Source of the DNA: Geosiphon pyriformis uo1
Lineage: Eukaryota; Fungi; Glomeromycota
Assembly (NCBI GenBank): GCA_016748015.1
Contig: JAAOMT010000480.1
Span: 558,001 to 622,000 of the forward strand
Reading direction: 5' to 3'
Length of the DNA stretch: 64,000 bases
A model generated the notes under the pieces. The model did no database searches. It had not been told where the DNA came from and saw only the letters and a program-made list of their open reading frames with translations. This document shows, piece by piece, positions 26,561-41,140 of the stretch. The number at the start of each line of letters is the position of its first letter. The first letter of the stretch is position 1. Both the position numbers and the translations under genes were made by a program.

Positions 26561-26783
26561 TTAATCTTACTACAGTACTTTAAGACAATACTCATGGCAA
26601 TTTCTTCAATTTTTTTTTGGTTAAGGCAAAACCTTAGGATCTATTTCGTCTGTCCGGAAATTTTCAAGTTTAAATTTTTTTTAGGTGAGGGCAATGCCAT
26701 CATTATTACTATTTTTAATTGGATTATGTATGCATGCGATCAAATTAGGGTTGTGGCAAACTCATTTCAAATTGGATAAAAAT

Positions 26784-26791
26784 TATATAAA
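26784..26791 (+). promoter_or_regulatory. Candidate TATA box of HMG gene
   Basis: TATATAAA ~135 nt upstream of ATG 26919; weak evidence in AT-rich DNA. Confidence 0.3.
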
Positions 26792-26918
26792 TGAGGCTAA
26801 GCAACCTTTTTTAAAAAAATTGCAGCTGTGAAAAAAGTCTTTGAAAAGTTTATTATTTTTGATCTATTTCTATAAAAAAAAAAACTTTTTTCGAAGCTTG
26901 CCTTTAAAGAATTCTATC

Positions 26919-27926
26919 ATGAAAACATCATCAAAAAACGTTACAAAGACACCCTTTGCAATTAAACTTGATCTACCTTTTCCTCCTGAAGTTTCTCCTA
27001 TAAGATTGATTGAGAAAGCTGTTATAAAGTTAAATGAATCCGGTCAAACATCTCGAATTCCTAATGCATTCATAGCCTATCGAATGGAATACTGTAAAGA
27101 ACTTAAGAAAACTGACCATCCTGTTATAACACAACCGATACTTTCTAGTATGGCAAAAGAATCATGGGATAAAGAGCCTGAACGAATTAGAAAGAAATAT
27201 CAGTTGATTGCAGCAGAAGCAAAAGAACTTTACAGACAAATTTGTCGTGAAAAAATTTCTTTTAACATTGACGCCAAAAAAGAAAAGAGCAAAGCGGAGG
27301 GTGATGAGTATGATCAGAATAGCTATTTGGTGGGTAATTCGTTTAATGACCCTTTAGCATTCAATTTCCAAATTCCCCCAGAATGTTCTTTGGACGGGAT
27401 GAATCGATCAAATGTAACTAGGACTACTTCTACTGGCCTCTCCTTACCATCGCCATATCCCACTCATCAAAGTAGATATGAGTTTTTGAATGAAATTCCA
27501 ACTATTGATTTTTTTGAAACAAGCCAAAATATCTCTTCAACTTCCACTCCTCCCAATCATAACGAACAATCTTTCGATGGACTATCTTTTACAGATGATT
27601 CACAATACTTTTCGAATCAATTTTTAGACCCAACCTCGAAAAGGTCTGAAATAATATCGAATTCGGCTGTTACCGCTTCAACCTCCAATTACTCACTACC
27701 TTATGGATTTCCGTCTTATGCAACAACAACAACAACAACAACAACAAACCAAAATCATACTTCTTTTCCCATATTAAGCTTTGAAAAAAATAAACAATCA
27801 AGCGAAGATTGCAAATGTTGCAATTGCTGCAAAGAAAAGGTTGAAACACTCAAGGGCCAAATGAGTCAATTAGAAAAAAAACTCGAAGCACTATCAAATT
27901 TAGTAAATAACAATTTAGCATCATAG
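26919..27926 (+). CDS. MATA-type HMG-box transcription factor, single exon, with C-terminal CxCCxCC and coiled coil
   Basis: LPFPP leader; SRIPNAFIAYRMEY..TQPILSSMAKESWDKEPERIRKKYQLIAAEAK; first ATG at 26919. Confidence 0.9.
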   Translation: MKTSSKNVTKTPFAIKLDLPFPPEVSPIRLIEKAVIKLNESGQTSRIPNAFIAYRMEYCKELKKTDHPVITQPILSSMAKESWDKEPERIRKKYQLIAAEAKELYRQICREKISFNIDAKKEKSKAEGDEYDQNSYLVGNSFNDPLAFNFQIPPECSLDGMNRSNVTRTTSTGLSLPSPYPTHQSRYEFLNEIPTIDFFETSQNISSTSTPPNHNEQSFDGLSFTDDSQYFSNQFLDPTSKRSEIISNSAVTASTSNYSLPYGFPSYATTTTTTTTNQNHTSFPILSFEKNKQSSEDCKCCNCCKEKVETLKGQMSQLEKKLEALSNLVNNNLAS

Positions 27927-30325
27927 TAAAATCCTTTTATTTATTTATTTATTTTTACATAAATATCTTATCCATTTAAAAGAATAGGAATGAAAACTTT
28001 TGAACCGATTAAATTCCAAATATTAATTTAGAGCAAAATTTATATTTATATTTGGCAAAAAATAAAAATCTTGAAACTCTTTTTCTAAAAAAGTAATGAA
28101 AAGTGTACTTAAAATAAGTAAATTCTCATGACTATTATTTTGAAAATTTTAGAATTCAAACACCTAAAAATTTTATAAAATGGTTGAAAGAATATTTAAT
28201 TCAAACCAGAACATTTGGAATGAATCATTTTGTTACTAAAATTTTTCCTTTTTTTGATGATTTCTTTATTAATGAAATGAAGTATTTTTTCATTTGGGAA
28301 TTAAAAATCTGATGCAGGTACCTATAAAAATGGTTAAGAAATCAAAATTTCCCAGAATATCCAATCTTATGATTGAGGTAAACTTCCTCATACTGTATGA
28401 ATCTCTCCTCGAAAAAATTAATGAAAAATAGATATGCAGTATTGCATATTAAATATCCTATTGATCTCGTATTATTGTAAAATTGTGGCACTGTGGCACC
28501 GGAAAATTTAACATTTCCCATACTGACAATATTTAAAAACGGAAGTGGATGAAAAAATAGAAAAGTGGAGTATAAAATTTATTGAAATATCGGGGAAAGT
28601 AATTCAAGTTCCGAATATTTTAAATTATACAAAGACGTTTTCTAAAAATAAATTAAAAAGATCAGAGATTTTAGAAATAGTAAACATGTTATTTATTTTT
28701 TATCTTTTATTACTATTTTTAGACCTTTTACATTATAATCTGCAAAGGGTTTTTTTTTTAATATTAACAGTGCGTTTTTTGCGATAATGAATAATAATAA
28801 GGTAAGATCTCGAAAAGGCCACAAAGATAAACCATATTACATGCTTGACTATTTTTTTTAAAAAAAACCTTTGGTTCTAATAAAGGAATAGTTCAGTCTG
28901 GCTGAAAATCGATAAATTTCAATAAACTTTATCGATTGTTAGAGAATGCATTCTGAAACAAAATTTTCTCAAAAAAAACTTAATTCCCTTTCTCTTGCTT
29001 AAAGTTTTGCAGAGTATGTTGTGAACCATTTTTTTCAACTCTTTGATCTTTAAAATTTTTTTTGTGTGTGAAAGAAATTACTTTGAAATGAATGGGGAAT
29101 GAATCAGATATTTTAATAATTTGATTACTAACTATGGTGATTTTTTTTCGGATTACTTTATTAATTTCTCGATGCTTTTCTTATCTCAATTCCTGATTTA
29201 TCAAATGATAATAATATGAGATTGATATAGTTAAGATCTCAATCATGATTCAAGTTTAAGTTTCAATATAGGAAAAAGATTTTAATGGAAAATCTTGTTT
29301 TAGTTTGTGATAGTTCAAATTTTGAAAGACTATTTTCATAATTTGGAGTAATTGATAGCAGTATATAAATTTATTTATTACTGATTTAACTTGGCTAGTT
29401 AAATTATTCTATATATATTCATATAAAAGATGATTAAGCGATACCCATTTTAAAATAACTTGAACATATATATATTTCACTGAAAACTTGGAAATTTCAT
29501 GTAATTAATAAGAAGAAAGCGAAAATTTTTAAGGTAGAGGGATAGTAGTAAAAAATTTTATACAAAAAATTTCTTTACAGTTTAATATTTATGCCTTTAT
29601 AATTTGTAAAAAAATTCTATCTGCAAGGAAAAACTAAAAATGGTATTTTTAAGAACACACGAAAATTCAAATGATGATGCTACATGTTAATATGAACAGT
29701 TACACAGCATTTATTAAACAACAATAAAATGATTTGTGATATGTAACTCCAAAAAAAAAAAAAAATTTTTTTTTAAAAAAAAAACAATGGGTTACCAAAT
29801 ACATGTATAATTGTAGAAAGATCAAAAAAATATATATAATTTTCTCAAAAATTTAAAACTGCTCTTAATATAAATCGCAAATTTGACTTTCATCTAATGC
29901 AGGAGTTTTTTTTTATCTCGGTTAATCAAGATTACGAAAAAGTATGAGACCTTTTTTTTAAAAAAAGATTTTTTATGATATCACGATAAAAAAACCATTA
30001 AAAATATTCCCCCAATTAAATTTATTTTACTATGATCCTGTTGATAAAAGATCTAAATTTAAACCGCCATTTTGGCCATTTGATCAATCTTAACTTTATC
30101 CTGGTAATGGTTTCACAGTTTGCAAGAACAATCCCCATTAAAAAATTACCAAGAAGTTTGAAAAACTATTGTTCCACTAAAATTATTTTCAACTTAATTA
30201 ATTTTTTTAATTAATCTTTAAAAACACAATTTTTTTTGAAAATCTTTCTTTTTTGACAGTGATATAATAAGTGATTTAAATTAAATTAAAAAACGGTAAA
30301 AATCGTTACAAATGAATATACTTTA

Positions 30326-30476
30326 AAATTAAATTAAATTAATTCAATTTAATTCAATTTAATTCAATTTAATTCAATTCAATTCAATTCAATTCAATTC
30401 AATTTAATTCAATTCAATTCAATTCAATTCAATTCAATTCAATTCAATTCACTTCAATTTACTTCAATTTATTCAA
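30326..30476. repeat. (AATTC/AATTT)n pentanucleotide microsatellite
   Basis: ~30 units. Confidence 0.95.
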
Positions 30477-32003
30477 TAGTATTTATTTTTTTACCAAGTT
30501 TTAACAACGATAAAAATGACAGAAATGAAAATATTCTAGATCAAATTACAGAGAAATGTGGTTCGATCATTAAAAGATCATTCATGCGGTAAATAAGATG
30601 CTTTTTTTGAACCAATATATCCATTATATCCCATTTTCGATAAATAAATGATTGGTTATTTTGAACTCATAGATGATAAGAAATTGTGTAACCCGGTGTT
30701 TGAGGTTACAAAAAAGGAAATATCATATATGATTTCGGTAAATCTTATTATTCGCCTTTAATGCAAGTTAAAAAAAACTTTTAATGAGATCATTTGATAT
30801 CTTTGCTGCTGCTGTTAATGCTGCTACTACTGCTTATTAAAATTACAGCTTCTAAATTTAACCAATTTTTATACGGAATAGTAAAATTTTCTCATTATGA
30901 TCTTTCACTTTTTACGTTTTTTTATAGATTAGATTTTCTTTGCCCGACAAACTACTCCCCTGAATCAATGTCCCTTTCCAAAGACGGTTTAATGAGATAT
31001 ACAATTTGAAAACCTCATCCTAATATTTTATCTAGGTTTTACAATTAACTTTTCTTTGGCTTAAAATCTACATGGTTTACGAAAATTGAAATGCAAAATA
31101 GGGGAAGGCAAATTTTACTTACATCATTAACTTAATATCCTTTTGAACTTTGGCTGATACTAAGTATGAGTATGCATAGTATTAAATTTTCCTTTGTTTC
31201 CGCTGCGACAGATTTTGATGATCGATTCATTTGAAAAAAAATTGTAGTTAAAATATATATGCTTTTTTGTAACTATTTTTGTTTATATTCATCAGCATCT
31301 GAAATAGGTTCTTGTTTACCGGTAGGCTAAACTACTGCCCAAGAATTCATCCATAAAAATTTTCTGAAAAGAGTAATGATATACTGCTACCTTAAAATGG
31401 GAATTTCCATAGGCCTAAATTTAGATTTATATGCAGGCTTTGATTGTGCAGTTAAACGTCGCAGTAAATTTCAACGTGGGAGATATTTTTGAACTTTTGA
31501 AATTAACGTTCAAGCAAATTTTAATATCTTGTGGTCTCTCTAGTTGAGAATTTTTTATGAAACCTAGCTCATTAAAAACCGGTTTTATTTAGTGGATTTT
31601 TTTCGTAATGATTATCTTATCTCATGTCCGTCAAAGACGACTTGACCTTTGGTATAATTCAGTTCTTTTTTTAGCATAGAGAAAGCTCTTTGCCCAAATC
31701 CAAGATTAAATATGAATATGGCTCCACATTTAAAAACAAATCAAAATATTTAATTGATTCCAATAATGTACAATAAATTTCATCGTTATACTTTACAAAA
31801 GAATGATTAAATAAATCCAGAAAGCACATCGTAAAAAATCATCAAAGTAACAATCCGAAAAAATAGTATTTCACCAAGGTGTTTTACCTTTAAATCAATA
31901 ATTCCCTAAAAGCATACGAAATATTCGAATTAACTTCTGGTGTCTCAGCAAAAGAATAAATTTGCTTATAAAAGATTATCTCTCATCTGAAACGGGAGCA
32001 AAA

Positions 32004-34175
32004 TCAAGCAGAAGGGTTTTCACTGCCTATCAATTTTTTCAGACAATAGCGAATGTAAAGCGAAGAGATGTTGCGTGGTTGTGTTTGAAATATAGACATA
32101 AGAATGCCCATTCCGAAAGAAAAAATCAGCACTTCTCCACCTCTGTGTGTGCAAAGTATATGTCATGAATAATAAGGAAGAATAGCTAGGTAAGATAACA
32201 GACGCATTAATACCTAATTGGTTTAATGACTCCTTTCTTCACCAACAACTTCCACATAGACTCGACTGACAATCGTAAACTATAAATTCCTATGTCAAGT
32301 CGTCGATGAGGATCTTCGGCAAAAATCCAGAGACCTCCAATTAGCCCATTAAGATAGATCCTTTTCAAGAATATTGACGAAAAGACTCGTTCAAAAATGG
32401 CTTTTATATTATAAAAGATCAGCAAAGAATCGATTTTCAACTTACCTAGAGACTGGAATAAAGTTGTTCGGAAAAATCTTTTGAAACCCACATATCAAAC
32501 CCCAAGAAGTTGCAAGCGCCATCGTAATACACGTACCACCTTTGAAGAATAAAGGTACAGAGTGGTTCAAAAAATGCCTCATAGTCTCGTAGGGTCTAAA
32601 TATTTGAATTAGATTTCAAGGAACCAAATAGCAACAAAAATCTCAATTAAATGTTGAGTTTGAAAAGCTAAAAGCGTAAGAGTCATGAAATAACGATACC
32701 GTTCTCGGACTTGTTTCCACCGAAGTACTAGACTTAGAAAGTTTATCATCCCCAGGAATTTCAACGTAGCAGCCCCTTCTTTTGCCACAAATTTTGAGAA
32801 ATTGAGTAAGCAACTCAACTCATCAGGATGCAGCATAGCGCACATAGTTCTCGTGTGTCCAGGATGGGCAAGTGCCAAAATTGGATTAATAGGCCCAAGT
32901 TCATTCGGCAATGATGAGCTATATGGGTGAAGCTGGGGAGAATTAAATTCTGGATAATGTAAATCGCCCAAAATCCTGATTGAATCAATAATATCACGAC
33001 CAGTAGGCCAAGGAAGGAATTCAGGATAGTTTATAGGACGTGGTTGAATATAAGTAGTACTTCTGCTGGCTATAAATCGACCATAACTTTCCTATTGATT
33101 CGAGGAAAACAGAAAAGGTTCGAAAAATAGAAAAGGTATTTTAAACCGCCAAATGAATTTCTTACCGGAAATGTATCAGGGTTTACTAAGTGAGCATAAA
33201 TTAACTGCGCAGAAGTTATTGGGAAAAGCATCCAGGATCCGCACCACCGTGGCATTTGTGGTATTAGCCGATTTTCTCGCATGGATTGATAAGCAAATTG
33301 TAAACTTTTAATTAACAAATATGTAGATAGAGATACTCTTTGTTCTTTATGCTTGAGGAAAAAGATTGTAGACCCTGCCAGTGCACCAGCAAAAAAAGGT
33401 GGTACAAAAGATGATTGAAATAAGTATTCATAATATTCACGCAGAGGAGGGAGCTTCAGAAATTGAAGTGCATTGTCGTAAATGGTTTCCGTATAGGTTC
33501 TTATATATGCTGGGCGAAATAAAGAATCAAACAAACGCCTGAAAAATCGTAGCAAGACTTTATACAATACAACATAAGAGGCTGCAGCGATTGCGATTTG
33601 TCGGGATCCTGCCCACGAGAGCCCCTTATAAATTTTCCGAAGACTAATAAAATATTGTCACGTGAATTGGAATTCCAATAACAAAAAAATTTTCACATAA
33701 TCTAACTTCTTATAGTTACTTATCACTTCTTCTCAGTTGTCCAGGCAAATTCCATAATGATTGTAAGGTCAAGACGAAAGCATAAACTTGAAGGAACACT
33801 TTTACACCACGACGTGTATCATCTGGAAAGCATTCATCATTGAGGCAAACAAGAGCTCGTAAAGGAGTGGAATGATCATGGTGCTTTCGACTATTTTATT
33901 AGAAGTGTAAGTGTCACTATCAATTTCAAGCCCCAAAGAAAATTAAAAAATTTTAAAGTCACACTCTGCCTTGTCACATGAATATATTCTGTCTGATCAG
34001 GCAAATTTATCCGAAGTTTGGCAAATAATGGTCTTGTTCGCCTTGAGACATTAGAATAATTATTGTTTGAAAGAACGAATGATGCCAGAAATAAGAAAAA
34101 GTGGTATTTTCTTGAGGGAAATGGAGCTTGGAATGATTGATTTGCTGTCAAATCTTGCATGTGGATAGCTTCCAT
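32004..34175 (-). CDS. TMEM135-like (peroxisomal membrane) protein, multi-exon
   Basis: PPFFAGALAG..RVSLSTYLLIKSLQF, GSWMLFPITSAQLIYA..PDTFP, Cys/His-rich HPGHTRTMCAMLHPDELSC, LNGLIGGLWIFAEDPHRRLDIGIY, final exon GGEVLIFSFGMGILM..ENPSA* (stop 32004-32006). Confidence 0.8.
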
Positions 34176-36099
34176 TTCGGGTCGATTAACTGGTAACGTC
34201 TTTGAGAGGTTTGAAAGAGGCCTTTTTGATCTAAAATTTTAGTGCTATCATCGACAAAACATCGTTAAAGGGTTAACAACCTTGTTTGTTCAACAGAAAA
34301 TCTCACATAATTTATATAGTTTCAAATGATGATGATATGATATTGTTATGCGCTTTCATGCAGTGGTTTGTTCACAGATTCTAAAACCTGTTAGGTTTTC
34401 CATATATAGTTTTCCTAAAAAGGATGTTTTTTAAGGTATATCGAATCTTTGAGTTATTTTTAGGCCTAAAATTATCATTGATAGCTGTATTTATTTTCCT
34501 CCGAAATAAATGTAAAATAGATCTAAAAATATTGACGAAAGTTAAGCCATCCCTTCAAAAACTGCACAGCTTGGAAGGGATATTAATTAAAATATCCAAA
34601 TAATTTCCTTGGTCTTTTTAAAGGAAACTTGATAAATTTCTCAACTCACTGTCTTTTAAAAGAAGTTTATTTTGTGAATTTGGATATGATGACAGTTGAT
34701 AATAGCAGAAAAAGAAAATCAATCTTAGCAGAAAGTTTGGACTAAAATACATCAATAAAGCTTTTCACTCCATTTGAGGCATTAAACTTTGTGCTTCGAA
34801 TCTACTTTGATTTTGAATTTCTGCAATTATAACAATCTAATTTTTGAAATTGATTTATTTAAATGTCTTTCTTACATTATAATTGTAATTTCTAATTTTT
34901 TAACATCTTATATAATTACTTTTTAAAGTCATTATAACCGATTTTTAAATTTGTACGCTAATAAATGATTATTTTTCGTTAGATATATGTGCAATTTACG
35001 CATTGATTATTTATTATAGGGTTCTTAATACCACTCTTAATAAGTCAAAAATGAAGCGTATGCTGATTTGCAGAGAAAAAATAGATATTTGTGGTTTTGC
35101 AAACACCATAAACTATGTGTTAAACGAATTTATTTTGAGAATTTTATTTGATAAACGAAGCGATATTATTGTCAAAATGTAATTATCCCTTGATAAATGA
35201 CTTCTTATAAATAAGTCATCAAACACAGCATATTTTTATATTAATCTTTGATTTTTCAGTCTTAGGTTCATAAGAGAAATAATTGTTACAATGAAGATAA
35301 ATAATTGTCAGCTCTAATTAATTAACAAGTTTTATTGTATTGAATTATATTTTCAACTAAATTTATTCAACTGATATTTTTTCTAATGAGTTATGTTGCA
35401 AGTTTTTATAATTACAATATTGTTCAAATTTAATAAAAAATGAAATTGGTAATTAATTTAATTGGTTATTATTGTGGTAAAGAAAATTTTTCTATAAATA
35501 ATAAAACATCTCAAACAAGAATTTATATAAAAAGTAAAAACTAATTATGGTATTCATAATTTTTTTTAAAAAATTTAAAAGTTGTATGCAATTATAATTG
35601 TTCTTTTTGCCACTAATATTTAAAGCATTCATTTCATTTTGATAAAATTGGTTATTTTATATTATTTTGATATAAAAAAATGTGTTATTGAACTAATAAG
35701 AAATTTTTTCTTTATCTTGTTTTATTAAATATTGTGAGATTAATTATAATAAATATTGATTTCAAAACAAAATTAATAAGTAAAATCATCCTGAAAAATG
35801 TGTTGAAAATAGCAAACAGGTTGAAATAAATAAATTCTAAACTTTTCATTTGAATTTTAATAAGATTTTGAAAACTGCAAACTTTTTTTTTATTGAAATT
35901 TAATAATCTGTTATATGCATTTTTGCAATAACGTTTTATGAATTAAGAAAAAAGTAAAATCTTCATAACCAATCTTGGCAAAGTAATTAAAAGTAAGAAA
36001 TAATAAGTAATATTCTTAATTTTAAAAAATTTTTAATTAATAACAATAATCAAATATTTTTAAACTTTAATATAAAGATTGTTATTAAAAATTTCGAAA

Positions 36100-39000
36100 A
36101 TAATATAAAACTGTATTTTAGTTTTTACTAATTTAAAATTGGGTTTTAAAGACACTATTAGGTATTTTTGTATAAAATTTGTAATTTAGATTTTTTTAAA
36201 TTTTGTTACCAAATTTAAGCTTACTAATTTTCTTTTTTTTTGCCACTTTTAAGATTGCAAAACTTTTTGTGGCTCTTGTTTCTAAGTTTGTTTCTATTAT
36301 TGTGGTTTTTTGGTAAATTTTTTAGTGTTAAGTTAAAGTTAGTAAGTTTAGAAAAATATTTTATTGTTTATTTTAAGTTCTTTAAAGTTTCTAAAGTTGT
36401 TTTTGTTTACTGGTTGGTTTTAATAAAAAACAGTAATAAAATTTTTTTCTGTTTAATTAAAAAATTATTGTTCTTTAAAATATATTTAAGACCAAATTAA
36501 TGAACTTTTTTTGACTTTACTGCTTTTAAAATAAGTAATATAATTCTTAAATAAATAGTTAAATTTGTTTTATATTTTAGTTATTAAAGTTTAATTATTA
36601 TTTTTAAGTTTAAAAATATTATAAAAACAGCTATTATTAAAACTAGCACATTAAAAAAAACCAGATTTAATAATAATAAAAACTTTTAAATATTAGTATT
36701 ATTATAAATATCAAAATTTAATATATTTGGCTTTTAATTATAAAGCTGTTTCTTTAAATTTATTAAAACTTAATATTTAAATGTTAATACTGTTTAAGAT
36801 TATTGTAAATTGGTTTGTTAATTTAGCTTTTTATGTTAAAATTGCTGTTTTTTTTGTGTTATATAGTTTTTCAAATTATATCATAATTATTAAATTTAAG
36901 AACAAATTTAATATTATTTTATTAAATAATAATAATAAAATAATTAATAATCAAAATTTTGTGATAAATAATAATGTTTTGTTTAATAATTTAGTAGTTT
37001 TTTGAATAAATTACAAAAATTTAAGATTTATAAGATTTAAATAAATAGAATTATTAAAAACTTTTTTTTTGTAATTTTATAATCACAACTAAAGCAAAAA
37101 ATAAAAAAGTTGTAAACATTATAATATCTGAAGTTATTAATAATATTTTTACTAAAAACACATTTACAATTATAAAAACTGTTCAATAATAGTTTGTAAA
37201 ATATTTTTTTTAAATAATATTATAATAAATCAGTTTATTGATATTAGAACATTTTTTTAAAAATTTTATCAAAACAGTACACTAAAAATAATTTTAATAT
37301 AATTACTATTATCTTAAAAAACTTTGTTTTTTTTTTAAGTTAATTGTTAATTTTTTTATGGTGTTTAAAAAACTTTGTTTTTCTAATATTTTTTATAATA
37401 TATTGGTCTGTTTTGGTTTGAATTAGTTTTTGATTGTGTTGTTTAATATATTAAATCTTAATTAATTTTTTATTAATTTTAAAAGCAAAACAAATTATGT
37501 CTTTACATATAATTTTGTTTAATTAGTTTATTAAGTTATCTGATTTTAAAAATTAAACTAATTAAATAAAAATTAAAACTCATTTTTTTTGTTTTTTAAT
37601 AGTATTATTTAATAATACTTATTAATTATCAAATAATTTCTGAATAAGTAATTTTTTTTTTGGTATTTGGTGTTTTTTTTAAGATTAAATTGGCTTATAT
37701 TAAACTATTTTCTAATTTATACATAGTTATATTAATATAGAATTGGTTTTTAAAAACAATATTAAGCTTTTTTGTATAAAGTTTGTATTTTACTCTTTTT
37801 TAAATGCTGTTGTTTAAGTTTTACTTGTTAAATATTTTTTTTTATTACTTTTAAGATTGCAAAATCTTTTATAATATCTGTTTTTGTTTTTGTTTTTATT
37901 ATTAATATATATATAATATTTTTTTTATAATTTTAATAAATAATATTAAAAATGCTTTATGTATTTTCAGTAAAGTTTTTAGAATTAGTTTAAAACTAAT
38001 TAATTAATAACAAATTATTATTGTGTATTTTGGGTTTTATAAAACTATTGAGACTGTTTTTGCTTATTGATTAGTTTTAATAATAAATAATAATATTAAA
38101 AAAGTTTTTATTTTAAAAAATACATTTAAAACCAAGATAGTAATTTTTTTTCTGGTTGTATTGTTTTTAAAACCAGTAAATTGATTTTTTAAATATGTAA
38201 ATTATACTTGTTTTATTTTTTACTTTTTTAAATTTTTTGACAATTAAAATATATTATTGTTATCTTTGGTTTTTTAGCTAATTTAAATACTATTATTATT
38301 AAGATTAGTATTTTAAAAAAAGCTGTATTTGGTAAAAAACTTTTAAATATTAATATTGTTTTATATGTTAAAGTTTAAATTATTTAGTTTTTAATTATAA
38401 AATGTCTTTATTTTTTTTTAAATTTTTACTTAATTCTGTTATTAACTTTAAGATTTTTAAATCTGAATTTGCTAAAATAAGTTTTTATGCTTAAATTATA
38501 GCTTTTTTGGTTTTTTATCTGTTATTAGTATTGTTAATTTTGTGGTTAACTTTAAATTGGCTTTTCTAAATTTAAGCTTAAATTTGTTATTAAATTTATT
38601 GGTATTTTGATTTTATAATATAAAGTTAATTGTTGTTTTTTTTTAAATATTAAATTAAAAAAATTCTTGTAATTAAAAAAAATATTGATATTTTAAAAAA
38701 GTTGTTAATAATTTAACCAAAAAAATTTTTAATTTTAATATAAATTTATTTGATAATAATTCAAATTTTTTTAAAATAATAATGCTTTAAAAGCTATAAA
38801 CTTGTAATATCAAATTTGTTGTAAATAAAACTGTTGTATAATTAACTGGTTTGGTTCTTAATAATAATAGTTTGGTTGTTATTATGCAAAAAATAAGCTT
38901 TTTAAATAAATTTACTTTGATAAATTTAATATAATTTAATTTTTACTAAGTTTGTGTTTAATTATATATAAAAGATATATTAATCATATTTATTTTAGAA
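36100..39000 (-). repeat. Two tandem AT-eroded copies (~36100-37300 and ~37330-39000) of the unidentified coding repeat
   Basis: Shared anchors e.g. CTTTTAAGATTGCAAAA at ~36246 and ~37848; 37380-37580 aligns with 52060-52240; 38780-38960 aligns with 51460-51650 and 53510-53690. Confidence 0.7.
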
Positions 39001-41140
39001 TATTATGTTGTTGTATTATAATTAATAATAATAATAATAAAATTATTAAAAATTGTATTAATAAAATAAAAATACAGAATTTGTTTTTGATATTTGATTT
39101 AAAATAGTTTTAATTGTTTCAAATAACTAATTACATGTTATTTATAGTGTAATTTATATTTAATATATAATAATTGAATTGTATAAAATATAAATAAGTT
39201 TAATATTAAGCGTAAATAAATAAAAAAGTTTTATTATAAAATATATATTTAAAATTTAAAATTTTTAATAATTAAAAAATTAATTGTTTTTGAGAATTTT
39301 TACTATTAAAATCAAACTTTAAATTTAAACTTTTAATAAAACAAGCTTTTTTCGATTTTTTGTTAAGCCTTTATAAAAATAATTATAAGCAGTATAACAG
39401 ATTAACTAATAGCTTAAATATATAAAACATGATCAAATGATTAATTTAAAATAATATATTTTAAACTAATGTTTTTAAATATAATTTATTAACACCAAAT
39501 AATTTGAGCTTTATGTCTAACAATTTACCAAATTAACTTTTTTTAAAAATATTTAATTTAAGTTATTAATATATATATCTTTTTTAAATAATTAAATCTT
39601 TTTTATCTTAAAAATTTTGACATAATATTTTAATAAAATAAATAATATTGAAACAATTATTAATCTTTTGGCTTAAAAATTACTATTATACTTCAAATTT
39701 TGATAATTTTAAAATTCAAAATAATAACTTGCAAATTAGTAAGCAATTAAAAATAATATCAGAAAACATCGGTTTAAAAATAACTTGGAATTGAACATTT
39801 TAATAAATTATGATTTTTTAAATTTTGAATAGATTAAAGAATTAACCTTGGAGATGGAGAATCTCTTATGTATGGCGGAAAAACTAATATCTGAATATAG
39901 TATAATAACCTTAGCTGATCAAGCTAAAATGGAATTTCCAAATCAAACTCTTAACGTCATCAGTTTATGTGATAACTTTTAACCTCTATAAAGAGTGGCT
40001 TATGAGTTTATCTTAACGGGATGAGCCAACTTTCTGATGACTTTTAGAATATAGATTTTGGAGTAAGTTGTATTACTACTCATTTGATATCTTATCTATA
40101 GAATATTGAAATTTTTTAAAATGTTTTTTTATTCTATTTTTTATGAATGGTTCAAATTTTTATTTTTCGATTTATGAGTTTATGTTATGAATAATGAGAT
40201 GGATTGGGAAAATATGATTAATCTGTGAGGTTATTTACAGGAATTTATTTTGTTTGGTAAATTTTCTTGGATATCAAATTTATGGTCACTTTGAACCGAA
40301 ACCTTGCGACAGTAAGTTGGACATCAAAATTCAAGCGCAGGCAGAAATGAGGTCCAAAAGAATAAAATTAATTAGTTGAAAACGGCTAAATTAAAAGATT
40401 ATATTTTTTTCTTGTAGAGTTTCCAAAACAAACAAAGGCTAATACAAAGAATGGGAATGAGAATCATTTTCAAAACGGCATAAATTGTGAAAGATTCATA
40501 TGAGTAGATATACTTTCTCTAGATCTTTGTGTATTTTCCAAGAACTTTAATTTTTGACACAGCAGCTTTTCTTTCAAAAAAGAGCTTATTCTTATCATAG
40601 TATCTATTGTACTTTCATTTATGTTTGCGTGTAGTTAGATCAGGAGCTTAAGAATTTTGACAGTGTATTACTAAGTTTTAATCAAATTCACATTTTCTAA
40701 AAGTTTTTGGAATATCTTAAAAACAAGCTATTTTTGAATCATATATTTTAGATTTATTTCTTTTCATTTAAGGGTGTATCCCGTGAAAATAGTATTAAGC
40801 TATAAGGCTTTAAAAGGAAGCATTAAAAATTTAATTTAGTCAAAAATGGTAAAATCTTAAAGGCAATAAGTTATAAGTACAAATTGGGAAGATATTAGAA
40901 TTAATATAGAAAAATCTCAAAGAGATCAACACCACACATGTACATGTAGGACCGAGCTATTATATCTACTAAATTTGGTATTTCAATCCAATAGGATTTA
41001 AGTATAATTGTATAAAAAAATTCAAGTCTTTTTTGATAACTAATAAAAAAAGTTTTGGTCTTTGGGATTTGATCTTCATTCAGAAAGTATAAAGGTACAC
41101 CTGAATTGCGCAAGAAGTATTTTGGCTATTAAAAGAAATA

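Noticed and set aside
26371-26779. Poly-Val / poly-Thr ORFs (also the antisense ORF 13868-14188)
   Set aside because: Microsatellite translations
39840-40380. Slightly GC-richer patch with short coding-like stretches
   Set aside because: Could not assemble a consistent ORF or recognise a family
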